Shown piece by piece: positions 27,153-41,911 of a DNA stretch of 46,042 nucleotides. Within the stretch, counting starts at the first letter, position 1; each line of letters opens with the position of its first letter. The notes beneath the pieces were generated by a model. It did not search any database, was not told where the DNA came from, and saw nothing but the letters and a program-made list of their open reading frames with translations. A program made the translations under genes and the position numbers. The stretch is from an uncultured Candidatus Saccharibacteria bacterium (GTDB taxonomy: Bacteria > Patescibacteriota > Saccharimonadia > Saccharimonadales > CAIOMD01): assembly GCA_903859365.1 (NCBI GenBank), contig CAIOMD010000003.1:1-46042 (forward strand), in the 5' to 3' direction.

Positions 27153-27590
27153 ATGGATCAAATGCTACCACTACCATCACAGGAATTGCCAAATCCGAGC
27201 AAGGTTGAGACGAAGCCTGTATCAGGAACAGAAGAGTACCGTGTTCCTGTACCTGAAATTGGTAGACATAATGACAGCCAAGAAAGAGTAATTCAGGCTT
27301 CAGCGGCCGTCACTCAGGCTACTGATGATGCGACTGCTGTTACTAATGATGACGACCAGAGCTCATCCATCCCAGCTCCTATTAGTGACGATATCATTAC
27401 AACAAGCCCTCTAGAGGCGAAAGATGATAACTTGATTGAAAAAGAATGGGTACATAGTGCAAAAAAAATAGTCCAAGAAACAAAGCACAATCCGCAGGAA
27501 CAGGCAGCTAAGATAAGTCATTTCAAGAGAGATTACATTAAAAAAAGATTTGGGAAAGATATCAAACTTCCTGAGGAATATTCTCGGTAG
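27153..27590 (+). CDS. Hypothetical protein (disordered N-terminus, helical C-terminal domain)
   Basis: Acidic/Pro-rich N-terminus; IEKEWVHSAK...NP.EQ...YIKKRFGKDIK; 7 nt before the ATPase gene. Confidence 0.8.
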   Translation: MDQMLPLPSQELPNPSKVETKPVSGTEEYRVPVPEIGRHNDSQERVIQASAAVTQATDDATAVTNDDDQSSSIPAPISDDIITTSPLEAKDDNLIEKEWVHSAKKIVQETKHNPQEQAAKISHFKRDYIKKRFGKDIKLPEEYSR

Positions 27591-27597
27591 GTAAGTA

Positions 27598-30420
27598 ATG
27601 TCAACAGCGTTACCAATTGTACTTTTAATTATCATTATCGCTCTATTTGTATTAGCCTTTTTTCTGTTTTGGAGAACCAGAAAACTTCTCAGAGAAGCAA
27701 AAAACTATGAACGTGGGCTTAAAATGGTTCCTCTTCTTATCCATCTTCCACCAGTTAGTGAAGATGTTGTGACTGAAGGAAGAGATGCTCGAGATATTGC
27801 AGATGAAAATATTTCTAAAGCTGAAGTCCTGTATAACATTATTGCCAGTATTACGCAGAAAGGTTTCAAGAGTAAGTTTTATGGACAACGACACATAAGC
27901 TTAGAGATAGTTGCTAATAAAGGGTTTGTATATTTTTATGCAGCTGTTCCCGTTTCTCTAGTGGCAGTCATAGAGCAAGCGGTTAATAGTGCTTACCCAA
28001 ATAGCCTTATTGAAGAAGTAGCTGAACATAACATATTTAATCCGGTTGGAAAGATTACTGGAACGGTTGGCGGTGAAATGGTGCTCAAAGATCAATTTAT
28101 TTTCCCGATCGCTACCTATCAAGATATGAAAAGAGATGCGTTGCAATCATTATTGAATTCGTTTGCTAATCTCGGTGAGCAAGATGGCGCAGGAGTTCAA
28201 ATTCTTATTCGTCCAGCTAATGCTAATTGGACGAAATTTGCAAAAGAAGAAGGAAAAAGAATCAGGGAAGGTAAGAGCACAAAACGTGGGGCTGAACTCT
28301 TATTCTGGTTTCTCAAGCAAGCTTTTATTGCGCCAGTAAAACCACCGGAAGCAAAAGATAAAGAAATAGGAGAGAAAGAAAATAAAGCCGTATCTGGCCT
28401 CGATCAGTCGCTTGCGGATGCCGTTGATGAAAAGACAAAGCACGCCGGGTATGAAGTGTTAATTCGCGTCATAGCTTCATCAAACGTTGCTCAAAGATCT
28501 CAGTCTATCCTGAGTAACATCACAGCAACATTTTCGCTATTTGATGCACCAGGAAAAAACGGCTTTAAATTCTTGCCAGCAAAAGATACTGAGAGTTTCG
28601 TTACCTCATACATTTTGCGCTTCTTCCCGCCTGAAAAGAACTCAAATATATTAAATACTGTAGAGCTCGCAAGTATTTATCACTTTCCTGACGCCACAAA
28701 TACTCCCACTACCCAGCTTGATAGACAACAGTCAAAACAGGCTGATGGTCCTCGGAATGTAAGCGAAGAAGGGTTGTTGCTTGGATATAACGTATTTAGA
28801 GGTGCTAAGAAACAGATAAAACTTAGTGAATTAGACCGAAGACGACATACGTACATAATTGGAGAAACCGGTACGGGAAAAACAACTTTCTTAGATAATC
28901 TTGCCGTTCAAGACATGATTGAAGGAAGGGGATTTGCTTTTGTTGATCCACACGGAGACGTCGTCGAAGAACTACTAGGAATGGTTCCCAAAGAGAGAAC
29001 CGAAGATGTTATTTATTTTAATCCAAGCGATATGGATTTTCCGTTCGGTTTAAATCTTTTTGATTTTAAGCGTGAAGAGGAAAAAGACTTTTTGATTCAA
29101 GAGACAATAAATATTCTCTATTCGCTCTATGATCCAAATCGACAGGGTATGATTGGTGCCCGTTTTGAACAAATATTTAGAAACGCAGCACTCCTTTTGA
29201 TGTCAGACCCTCAAGGAGGGAGCTTTATAGATATACCAAAGGTGCTTGTTGATAGTGATTTCATGAAATCCAAACTGAAATACGTAAAGGATCAAAACCT
29301 TCTCGATTATTGGACAAAGGAATGGCCAGCATCTCAGCGATCCAATGATGCAGGTGAAGTAACAAGTTGGGTAGCAAGTAAATTTGGCGCTTTTTTATCG
29401 AATACTATGATGAGAAATATCATTGGACAAACTACGAGCTCATTTGATCTTAGAGAGATTATGGATCAAAAGAAGATCCTGCTCGTAAATCTCAGCAAAG
29501 GACTTACTGGAGAATTAAACGCAAAATTACTCGGAATGATATTCGTTATGAAATTTCAAGCCGCAGCCATGAGTCGAGCCGATACTCCAGAGGAAGAAAG
29601 AGAAGATTTTTGTCTCTATGTTGACGAGTTCCAGAACTTTTCAACTGATTCATTCGCATCAATTTTAAGTGAGGCTAGAAAATATCGACTTAACCTTATT
29701 GTGGCTAACCAATATATTGGTCAATTATCAGATGAAATAAGAGATGCAGTACTTGGAAATGTCGGTACCGCAATCGCATTTCGTGTTGGTAATGCGTCTG
29801 CTGAAGTAATGGCAAAATATATGACTCCGGTGTTTGACGAAACTGACTTGCGACAGATCCCAAATTACAATGTTGCGATCAGAATGCTTATTAACGGTAC
29901 GCCAACGCAACCATTTAGCATGGAATTGCTCCCCAGACTAAGTAATATTAATAAACAGCTTGCAACGGCACTCAAACAGCTCTCCGCCGCTAAATACGGA
30001 AAGCCAAAGGCGCAGGTGGAGGCGGATATATTCAAACGACTTGCTTCAACTCCCGCTGCGCAAACAACTCCGGGACAAACGTCCTCTCCATTCGGTCCCC
30101 CTAGAGCGCCCCAGGCTCCAGGCTTAAAGAAGCAAGCAGCGCAGTCTTCTTTTTTGGATGAATGGCTCGCTAAGCGAAAAGTGGCGTCACAGCAGCCAAT
30201 AAATCCGATGACAACCACTGCACCATTAACAGCAAAAACTCCAAATCCCATAACAAATCCTACGGTTCCTAAAGTTACTACGACTACAGCACTTCAAGAG
30301 TCTCCTGAAATTGAAACTGTTCAGCCTCCAGATCCAGTCAAAGAGGATGGTCTTTTTGAGCATGGCGAAACAATTCATTTGAATAAAAAAGTCGACCAGT
30401 CTCCTTCAGAAATCGTTTAA
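27598..30420 (+). CDS. Membrane-anchored HerA/VirD4(TraG)-like P-loop ATPase
   Basis: N-terminal TM, Walker A GETGTGKT, VDPHGD, Walker B YVDEFQNF, SEARKYRL; Pro/Thr-rich tail. Confidence 0.88.
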   Translation: MSTALPIVLLIIIIALFVLAFFLFWRTRKLLREAKNYERGLKMVPLLIHLPPVSEDVVTEGRDARDIADENISKAEVLYNIIASITQKGFKSKFYGQRHISLEIVANKGFVYFYAAVPVSLVAVIEQAVNSAYPNSLIEEVAEHNIFNPVGKITGTVGGEMVLKDQFIFPIATYQDMKRDALQSLLNSFANLGEQDGAGVQILIRPANANWTKFAKEEGKRIREGKSTKRGAELLFWFLKQAFIAPVKPPEAKDKEIGEKENKAVSGLDQSLADAVDEKTKHAGYEVLIRVIASSNVAQRSQSILSNITATFSLFDAPGKNGFKFLPAKDTESFVTSYILRFFPPEKNSNILNTVELASIYHFPDATNTPTTQLDRQQSKQADGPRNVSEEGLLLGYNVFRGAKKQIKLSELDRRRHTYIIGETGTGKTTFLDNLAVQDMIEGRGFAFVDPHGDVVEELLGMVPKERTEDVIYFNPSDMDFPFGLNLFDFKREEEKDFLIQETINILYSLYDPNRQGMIGARFEQIFRNAALLLMSDPQGGSFIDIPKVLVDSDFMKSKLKYVKDQNLLDYWTKEWPASQRSNDAGEVTSWVASKFGAFLSNTMMRNIIGQTTSSFDLREIMDQKKILLVNLSKGLTGELNAKLLGMIFVMKFQAAAMSRADTPEEEREDFCLYVDEFQNFSTDSFASILSEARKYRLNLIVANQYIGQLSDEIRDAVLGNVGTAIAFRVGNASAEVMAKYMTPVFDETDLRQIPNYNVAIRMLINGTPTQPFSMELLPRLSNINKQLATALKQLSAAKYGKPKAQVEADIFKRLASTPAAQTTPGQTSSPFGPPRAPQAPGLKKQAAQSSFLDEWLAKRKVASQQPINPMTTTAPLTAKTPNPITNPTVPKVTTTTALQESPEIETVQPPDPVKEDGLFEHGETIHLNKKVDQSPSEIV

Positions 30421-30422
30421 CT

Positions 30423-30827
30423 ATGAATAAGATAGGCCCAACGTTACTTTTAAATTTTATTCAGGCAGGTTTTCCATCTCCCGGTGAGGAACTTGATACT
30501 GCTCCTCTTGATACAAACCAATTATTGATTCGTAACCCAGCCGCCACATTTTTCATGAGGGTCACTGGTAGCTCAATGCATGACGCTGGTATCTATGAAG
30601 GAGATATAGTAGTTGTCGATCGGTCTATTGAACCGCGTAATAACGATGTGGTAGTAGCAGTTCTTAATGAAGCGTACACACTCAAGCGCTTTGGGATTGT
30701 TATGGGATCGCCTCATCTTTTTTCGGAAAGTAAGACGCATGGTGAGATAAAGATTGAATCGGATGATGAACTCCGGATATGGGGAGTTGTTACCTTTGTT
30801 TTGCGCTCATTGCGTAAAACTATATAG
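30423..30827 (+). CDS. umuD: UmuD (S24 peptidase, Pol V subunit)
   Basis: AGFPSP cleavage site, ATFFMRV.G.SM (Ser), TLKR (Lys), IWGVV. Confidence 0.9.
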   Translation: MNKIGPTLLLNFIQAGFPSPGEELDTAPLDTNQLLIRNPAATFFMRVTGSSMHDAGIYEGDIVVVDRSIEPRNNDVVVAVLNEAYTLKRFGIVMGSPHLFSESKTHGEIKIESDDELRIWGVVTFVLRSLRKTI

Positions 30828-30836
30828 AATAGCTTT

Positions 30837-32090
30837 ATGATAGTTTTAATTGATTGCGATAATTTTTTTGCTTCTTGTGAGCGTGTTATGCAACCAAAAT
30901 ATGCAAAAAAACCGGTAGTGGTGCTATCAAATAACGATGGTTGCGTCATTGCTCGTTCTAATGAGGCTAAAGCTGCCGGCATTACTATGGGTCAGCCCTA
31001 TTTTATGTGCAGTGAAATACTTAAAAAAATAGACGCAGGAGTTTTTTCTGCTAATTTTCTTCTTTATAGACATTTTGCGAAGCGACTTCAGGGTATTTTT
31101 CAAAGCCTTCCCGCGCAATCGATAGAAATATATTCTATCGATGAATCATTTATTGAATTTAAGGACGAACAGATTACGGATCCTATTTTATGGGGCACTA
31201 CCCTTAGAAAATTGATACTTGATTGGACAGGCATTCCCGTTAGCATAGGGATTGCTCCATCAAGGGCACTTGCTAAAGTTGCGACGCGAATGGCTAAAAA
31301 AAGTCAAAACGGGGTTGGGGTGCTCAAAAAAGATGACCACCAATCAGAATTATTTTTAAAGTCTACGGACATAGCTGATGTATGGGGTATTGGAAGAAGA
31401 TTGGCGCCAAAATTTAAAATGCTAGGGATTTTAAATGCCTGGGATCTTACAAAAATCGATGCAAGTAGCCCAATAATGAAAATTATTGATAAACCTATGC
31501 AGGAGTTGATATTTCAATTAAAGGGCTGGAATGTGGTACCCCATGAAAGTAAAATTCGTCAATCAATACGTCGGAGTAGAGCTTTTAGCTATAGCGTGAA
31601 CGATAGTGAGGGGATTAGATCCTCGTTGGTTGATTTTAGTGCACAAGTTGCAGCAAAATTACGCGACAAAAAACTTTATACGAATCAATTAAAATTAGCA
31701 GTTTATAAAAAAGTGCCGCATTCAATTAGGGGAACGGGTAAATACTACGAAGAAACTTTTGATTGGACGAATGATGTATTCATCTTTTCTCAAGTTGCCG
31801 AGAGAGCTGCCAAAAAACTCTATGAAACAGGTGAAAGCTACACCAGGGCTATGGTGTATTGCGATAACTTAAAAATGGATCAGCAGCTCAGTATTGGGCA
31901 TGACCATGACGATGCGCTTAAAAAGACCAACCTACTTGATGCGATTTATGAGCTTGAGAGCCTCTACGGGCCCGCAGGGCCGCAAATTGCGACAAAGCTG
32001 TTAAGTTCTAAGTGGAAAGGAAAAAAGCAGCTAGAAAGTCCTTACAATCATGCTGCCTGGAATAAACTTCCACCCGTTCAAGCTGGATAA
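30837..32090 (+). CDS. umuC: UmuC Y-family DNA polymerase
   Basis: DCDNFFASCE, LSNNDGC, YSIDE, DVWGIG and W....SP.Y C-terminus. Confidence 0.92.
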   Translation: MIVLIDCDNFFASCERVMQPKYAKKPVVVLSNNDGCVIARSNEAKAAGITMGQPYFMCSEILKKIDAGVFSANFLLYRHFAKRLQGIFQSLPAQSIEIYSIDESFIEFKDEQITDPILWGTTLRKLILDWTGIPVSIGIAPSRALAKVATRMAKKSQNGVGVLKKDDHQSELFLKSTDIADVWGIGRRLAPKFKMLGILNAWDLTKIDASSPIMKIIDKPMQELIFQLKGWNVVPHESKIRQSIRRSRAFSYSVNDSEGIRSSLVDFSAQVAAKLRDKKLYTNQLKLAVYKKVPHSIRGTGKYYEETFDWTNDVFIFSQVAERAAKKLYETGESYTRAMVYCDNLKMDQQLSIGHDHDDALKKTNLLDAIYELESLYGPAGPQIATKLLSSKWKGKKQLESPYNHAAWNKLPPVQAG

Positions 32091-32160
32091 TATCTTTCAA
32101 AAACAGGGGTTAATCTTTCAAAAAAGTATATAGTTGTAAAAAGTGAGCCTATAGTTGTGA

Positions 32161-34191
<2,031 letters not shown>

Positions 34192-34192
34192 G

Positions 34193-36727
34193 ATGGAAGA
34201 AAATACAAACGAATTACCAGAATTAGAAATAATACCAGCAGTGCAGACTCACTCTAAAGAGGTTGAGCGTAGCACCATTGAAGATGTCATGGAAGATAGC
34301 TATCTTCGCTATTCGATGAGCGTTATTGTTTCAAGAGCGCTTCCAGATGTTCGAGATGGACTAAAGCCAGTACACCGAAGAATTCTTTACTCTATGGAGA
34401 AAAACGGCTGGAGAGCTGGATCTAAATTTGTAAAAAGTGCGCGTATTACTGGTGATGTAATGGGTAAATACCACCCGCATGGTGATTCAGCTATCTACGA
34501 CTCAATGGTCCGAATGGCGCAGGACTGGTCTATGCGCTATGTGCTTGTTGATGGCCAAGGTAACTTTGGTTCGATGGACGGAGATCCCCCAGCTGCTCAG
34601 CGTTATACAGAAGCGCGTATGGCTCGTACCGGAGGAGAACTATTAACGGATCTAGATAAAGATACTGTAGATTTCAGAGAAAACTACGATGGATCAGAGG
34701 TAGAGCCTTCAGTTTTACCCGCTAAACTGCCGAACCTGCTTTTGAATGGTCAAATTGGTATTGCGGTTGGTATGGCTACCTCAATTCCTCCTCACAACCT
34801 CACCGAGATCGCCAATGCAATAATTGTACTTATAGATAAGCCTGAAGCAACACTCGATGAATTACTCGTGCATGTAAAGGGTCCAGATTTTCCTACCGGA
34901 GGTATAATATTCGGTCAAGATAGTCTCCGAAACGCCTATGCAACAGGAAGGGGCGGTATCGTAGTGCGAGGTGTCGCAAATATTGAGGAAAGAGAAAAAA
35001 AGGGTTCACACCGAATTATTATTAGTGAAGTCCCGTATGGTCTTAATAAGGCAAGTTTACTCGAGAAAATAGCTGAACTAGTTAAGGACAAGAAAATTGT
35101 AGGCATCTCTGATCTTAGGGATGAAAGTGCGCGAGGAGCAGTAAAAGTTGTCGTAGATCTTAAGAAAGATGCATACCCAAAAAAGGTACTGAATCAACTG
35201 TACAAGATGACACCACTTCAATCTTCCTTCCACTACAATATGCTGGCACTTATAGATGGCATCCAGCCTCGAATCTTAGGGTTGAGCGATATTCTTCACG
35301 AATATATCAAGCATCGACAAGTCGTCGTTCGACGTCGAACAGAATACGATCTTAAAAAAGCTGAAGCCCGTGCTCATGTTCTTGAAGGATTAAGTATTGC
35401 ACTTGATCATATCGATGAAGTTATTAAAGTTATTCGCAGTAGTGACACCACTGAAGAAGCTCAAAATAACTTAATCGCTAAGTTTAAGCTTTCTGAAATT
35501 CAGGCAAAAGCTATACTTGCGATGCAGCTCCGCCAACTTGCTGGACTTGAGCGAAAAAAGATTGAAGATGAGCTGGCTGAACTGCGAAAGTTGATCGCTG
35601 AATTAACTGCAATTCTTGGTGACGAGAAGAGAATACTCTCCATTATTAAAGAAGAGTTGATTGAGCTACGTGATAAATATGGAGATGAAAGAAGAACTAA
35701 AGTTATCCCCCAAGAACTTGGTAAATTTAGTGATGAAGAATTAATCCCAGATGAGCAAATTGTTGTAACACTTACATCAGCTAACTACATAAAGCGTAGC
35801 CCCGAAGCTGAATACAAGAAACAGGGCAGGGGTGGTAAGGGTCGGCGAGGTATGGCTACTCGTGAGGAAGATATTATTGAACACGTTGTTATGGCAAGCA
35901 CACACGACTATCTCCTCTTTTTTACAAATAAAGGTCGCGTATTTAGGCTCAAGGCTTATGAAGTACCGACCACAGGCTTGAGTGCTAAAGGTATTGCTAT
36001 TGTTAATCTACTCCAACTTCAACCTGAAGAAAAAGTAAGCTCTGTTATCCGTGTGAGCAGAAGTGAAGAAAACGGCTTCTTGCTTATGTGTACTATCCGT
36101 GGAGTTGTTAAGAAGACTGCATATGAGCAATACACGAAAGTGCGCGGCTCTGGCTTGATTGCCATAAATCTTGATGCTGGTGATGAGCTTAAATGGATTC
36201 GCTTTAGCAATGGAGATAATGAGGTTGTTATATCGACTTCAATGGGTCAGGCAATCCGGTTCCATGAAAAAGATGTTCGACCAATGGGTAGGGTTTCAAG
36301 AGGGGTGAGAGGAATACGCCTCCGACCTGGAGATAACGTAATCGGCATGGATCTTGTTGAAGATAACTCCAGCATTTTCGTCATCAGTGAACTTGGCTAC
36401 GGAAAGCGAACTAAGGTATCTCAGTTTACTGCTCATGCAAGAGGTGGTGTCGGAATACGATCAGCAGTTGTTAATAACAAAACTGGAAAACTTATTGGAG
36501 TCGCAACTCTAACCGAAGAAGCAAATGAAGTAATTATCATCTCAAATCTCGGTCAAACAATTCGACTTGGACTTAAGGATATTCCTGAACTTGGACGAGC
36601 AACTCAGGGAGTGAGGATAATGCGATTAAACGAAAAGGATAGCGTCGCGTCACTCGCATTAGTTAGAAATAGTCTTGATGATGAAGAAGACTTAAGTAGT
36701 GAAACTGAGGTTGAGAAAGCAGAGTAA
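34193..36727 (+). CDS. gyrA: DNA gyrase subunit A
   Basis: [21 protein letters not shown] and GyrA box QGRGGKG. Confidence 0.98.
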   Translation: MEENTNELPELEIIPAVQTHSKEVERSTIEDVMEDSYLRYSMSVIVSRALPDVRDGLKPVHRRILYSMEKNGWRAGSKFVKSARITGDVMGKYHPHGDSAIYDSMVRMAQDWSMRYVLVDGQGNFGSMDGDPPAAQRYTEARMARTGGELLTDLDKDTVDFRENYDGSEVEPSVLPAKLPNLLLNGQIGIAVGMATSIPPHNLTEIANAIIVLIDKPEATLDELLVHVKGPDFPTGGIIFGQDSLRNAYATGRGGIVVRGVANIEEREKKGSHRIIISEVPYGLNKASLLEKIAELVKDKKIVGISDLRDESARGAVKVVVDLKKDAYPKKVLNQLYKMTPLQSSFHYNMLALIDGIQPRILGLSDILHEYIKHRQVVVRRRTEYDLKKAEARAHVLEGLSIALDHIDEVIKVIRSSDTTEEAQNNLIAKFKLSEIQAKAILAMQLRQLAGLERKKIEDELAELRKLIAELTAILGDEKRILSIIKEELIELRDKYGDERRTKVIPQELGKFSDEELIPDEQIVVTLTSANYIKRSPEAEYKKQGRGGKGRRGMATREEDIIEHVVMASTHDYLLFFTNKGRVFRLKAYEVPTTGLSAKGIAIVNLLQLQPEEKVSSVIRVSRSEENGFLLMCTIRGVVKKTAYEQYTKVRGSGLIAINLDAGDELKWIRFSNGDNEVVISTSMGQAIRFHEKDVRPMGRVSRGVRGIRLRPGDNVIGMDLVEDNSSIFVISELGYGKRTKVSQFTAHARGGVGIRSAVVNNKTGKLIGVATLTEEANEVIIISNLGQTIRLGLKDIPELGRATQGVRIMRLNEKDSVASLALVRNSLDDEEDLSSETEVEKAE

Positions 36728-37152
36728 TGAATAAATACCAATATCTTATTGCTCCTTTTTTGGGTTGGGTAGTCGCTCAGTCAATTAAGTTTGCAGTAAG
36801 CCTACACAAAGATGGCATTCATTGGGGTGATACGATTCAATCAGGCGGTATGCCAAGCTCGCATTCTGCATGCATGGTAGCATTGACTACTGTTATTGGT
36901 GTGCATCAGGGCTTCACAAGTGCGCTTTTTGCTCTCAGTGCAGGCATTACAGGCATCATTCTTTATGACGCAATGGGTGTACGAAGATCAGCCGGACAGC
37001 TCACTGAAGCCGTCAAAGAATTGTCTAAAAAAACCAGCACGAAACTTTCTACAGAATTAGTAAATTCAAAAGGACATGATCCAGTTGAAGTTTTTGCAGG
37101 CTTTTTAGTGGGTATTGTCGTAGGTGTTCTCACCACTGTAACCTTTAAGTAG
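36727..37152 (+). CDS. Divergent PAP2 family membrane protein (DUF212)
   Basis: SGGMPSSH, YDAMGVRR and GHDPVEV motifs. Confidence 0.9.
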   Translation: MNKYQYLIAPFLGWVVAQSIKFAVSLHKDGIHWGDTIQSGGMPSSHSACMVALTTVIGVHQGFTSALFALSAGITGIILYDAMGVRRSAGQLTEAVKELSKKTSTKLSTELVNSKGHDPVEVFAGFLVGIVVGVLTTVTFK

Positions 37153-37184
37153 ATTTTCCTACAACGTTTTCTACAAATTTAGTA

Positions 37185-37213
37185 TTGACCCTGTCATCTG
37201 AATGGGGTATGCT
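37185..37213 (+). promoter_or_regulatory. rrn promoter
   Basis: TTGACC-17nt-TATGCT upstream of the 16S leader. Confidence 0.7.
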
Positions 37214-37335
37214 TACATCTGTTGCTTTTGAGGTACTTGTTTTAAAGTGGCCCCAAAAATAGTTAGAACGTTAAAAATTGAATAGTGAAGCGTCAACGTC
37301 AGTTTTTTTTAATGTGTTTTTCTTTATAAAACACT

Positions 37336-38813
<1,478 letters not shown>

Positions 38814-39114
38814 AGGGAGTTTTCAATTCCTGTTATGCGCTTTATGCCATAACAGAGAATGGTCGGTCTGGTAGTAAGATTGAAGTTACTTGCTACTTTC
38901 CACCTCTCAAAGGGTGGCAGATAATTTCAAAAATTGTTGACGCTTTACTATTCAGTCTTTAACGCCAAGGGGCGCTTCTGTGAAACACCGGAGGCGCCCT
39001 TTTGCTAAAAGAGTACTTTAAAAGTTATAAAGAGTAGTACACTATTCTTAACAGTTTTCTGCGGTGGCGGTAGATAGCCTCACCTCATATGAAGCAGAAG
39101 CACACACCAAACAT

Positions 39115-39191
39115 GGGGCTATAGCTCAGTTGGTTAGAGCGCGTCACTGATAATGACGAGGTCTCTGGTTCGAGTCCAGATAGCCCCACCA
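39115..39191 (+). tRNA. tRNA-Ile(GAT)
   Basis: GGGGCTA...CGTCA-CTGATAA-TGACG...TAGCCCC-ACCA in the ITS. Confidence 0.96.
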
Positions 39192-39277
39192 AGAGTGCTG
39201 ATCATATCGTAAGAACAGCTTTTATAATAGAAATGGCTGTTTTTAACAGAGGTGGAATTTACAATAGGTCCTTATTT

Positions 39278-39354
39278 GGGGCAATAGCTCAGCTGGCTAG
39301 AGCACCTGCTTTGCAAGCAGGGGGTCCGGGGTTCGAATCCCCGTTGCTCCACCA
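39278..39354 (+). tRNA. tRNA-Ala(TGC)
   Basis: GGGGCAA...CCTGC-TTTGCAA-GCAGG...TTGCTCC-ACCA; G3:U70 pair. Confidence 0.96.
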
Positions 39355-40303
39355 AACCTAAAACAGAGATAAATTGTTGATAAAATTGCAACGTTATATG
39401 CTTTACACTTGTGAGCATAGTTGCTAAGATGTTATAGCCCAAGTCTACGCGACTGTTTGAGACGCTTTAAAATTCTTCAACAATCGCGTGAACTTGACGA
39501 GTGATATCTTCGGATTGATCTGTGTGCTTGTTTGAAACTTAACAATTTAGAGCATGTGATACATATACTTTCCAAGATGATATATGTATCAAAAAATTAA
39601 TTAATGACAAACGGCTAAATGGTTATTGGTAGACACCAATAGCTAGTTAGTACCAATGCATAAAAAGTTATTTAAGCGCACACAACGGATGCCTTGACGT
39701 AAGATACCGAAGAAGGACGCGATAGGCTGCGATAAGCCACGGGGAGCTGTCTAATAAGCTTTGAACCGTGGATTTCCGAATGGGGGAACCCGGCTAGGGT
39801 TATACCTAGTCACTCATATCTGAATATATAGGATATGCAGCGGTAAGCTCCCGAACTGAAACATCTTAGTAGGGAGAGGAAGAGAAAGTAAACAACGATT
39901 TCGGTAGTAGTGGCGAGCGAACCCGAAAGAGCCCAAACCTTTTAAATTTTTGCCTGGTAATTTATTACCGGGTAAATAAGTTGACAGACGAATATTTACA
40001 AGGGGTTGTGAGGATTAAATTATCAGGACAGATAACTCAAGTTTCTTGAGATTTCTGTTCTGCAGTACGCACTGTCATTTGTGTACATAAGGTAAAAAAT
40101 TAGCGAAGCGAGCAGAAGCGGTTGGAACTCCGCGCCATAGACGGTGAGAGCCCGGTAAGCAAAAGGTCGCTAACCTTATATTTGATGGGATATCATTCCC
40201 TAGCCCTATGCTTGCATAGGGCGACACTCAAGTAGGTCGGAACACGAGAAACTCTGACTGAAGCTGGGACGACCACGTCCCAAGGCTAAATATATCTTAC
40301 GAT

Positions 40304-40344
<41 letters not shown>

Positions 40345-41911
40345 CCGAAAGGGGAGTGAAATAGAACCTGAAATTGTGTGCGTACAAGGAGTCGGAGCCC
40401 TTCGGGGTGACGGCGTGCTTTTTGTAGAACGATCCAACGAGTTATTGGTATGTGCGAGCCTAAGATTTATATCGGAGGCGCAGTGAAAGCGAGGCTGAAT
40501 AGGCCGTATTAGTACATATCAATAGACCCGAAACCAGGTGACCTAACCATGGGCAGGCTGAAGCGTGGGTAAAACTGCGTGAAGGGCCGAACCGTAGCAA
40601 ATTGCAAAATGCCCGGATGACCTGTGGTTAGCGGTGAAATGCCAATCGAACCTGGAGATAGCTGGTTCTCCTCGAAATAGCTTTAGGGCTAGCGTCATGT
40701 TGTAGCAAGTGGGGGTAGAGCTCTGTTTTGGACTGGGGGTCGCAAGATTACCCACCCTTGACAAACTACGAATACCATTTGTGGAATCATGGCAGTTAGA
40801 ACGTCGGGGCTAAGCTCGGCGCTCGAAAGGGAAACAGCCCAGACCATCATCTAAGGTCCCTAAATCTACGCTCAGTGGGAAACGAGGTGAGATTTCTTAA
40901 ACAATGAGGATGTTGGCTTAGAAGCAGCCATTCATTTAAAGAGTGCGTAACAGCTCACTCATCAAGAGATCTTGCGCGGAAAATGTAACGGGGCTCAAGC
41001 GTAGTACCGAAGATATGGATGTCACATTTATGTGGCGTGGTAGAGGAGCGTTGTTGTCAGCAGTGAAGCTGGACTGCGAGGTCTGGTGGAGCGGCAACAA
41101 GTGAGAATGTTGGAATGAGTAACCATAAGGCAGGTGAGAATCCTGCCCACCGAAAGAGCGAGGTTTCCTGGGCCATGATAATCATCCCAGGGTTAGTCGG
41201 GCCTAAGCCGAGGCGAGTAGCGTAGGCGATGGACAACGGGTTAATATTCCCGTACCGGTTATGTTGTTGTTGGTAGGTGCGCGGCATGATAGTTGGAGCA
41301 GTCTAATGGTATGACTGTCTAAGCGTTTAGTCCTTCGGGGCGATGCGCGAATGAGAGTGTCCTTTAGGACACGATTCCGGTGAGTCAAGCTGACCAGAAA
41401 AGCCTATTAACGTATAAGCATAACCGACCGTACCGCAAACCGACACAGGTGCTCAGGTCGAGTAGACCAAGGTGTACGAGAGAACCCTTCTTAAGGAACT
41501 CGGCAATACAGCGACCGTAACTTCGGGATAAGGTCTGCCCCGTCACAGTGTTTATTACTGTGACTTGCCAGTTTTCTTTTTGAAAACTCTAAACCGATTT
41601 TTGCAAATCGAAAAAAAGTCCTAATAAGTTTTATAACTTCTTATCTAGGCAACCGAAGAAATTTGAGAAAAGAGAGCTGAGCCTACGATCACTTTTTAGT
41701 AATAAATAGTGTGACGGGGCCGCAGCGAAAGAACCCATGCAACTGTTTACCAAAAACACAGGTCTCTGCTAACACGAAAGTGGATGTATAGGGGCTGACT
41801 CCTGCCCGGTGCTGGAAGGTTAAGGGGAGTGCTTCACGGTGCGAACTGAAGCCCCAGTGAACGGCGGCGGTAACTATAACCGTCCTAAGGTAGCGAAATT
41901 CCTTGTCAGGT

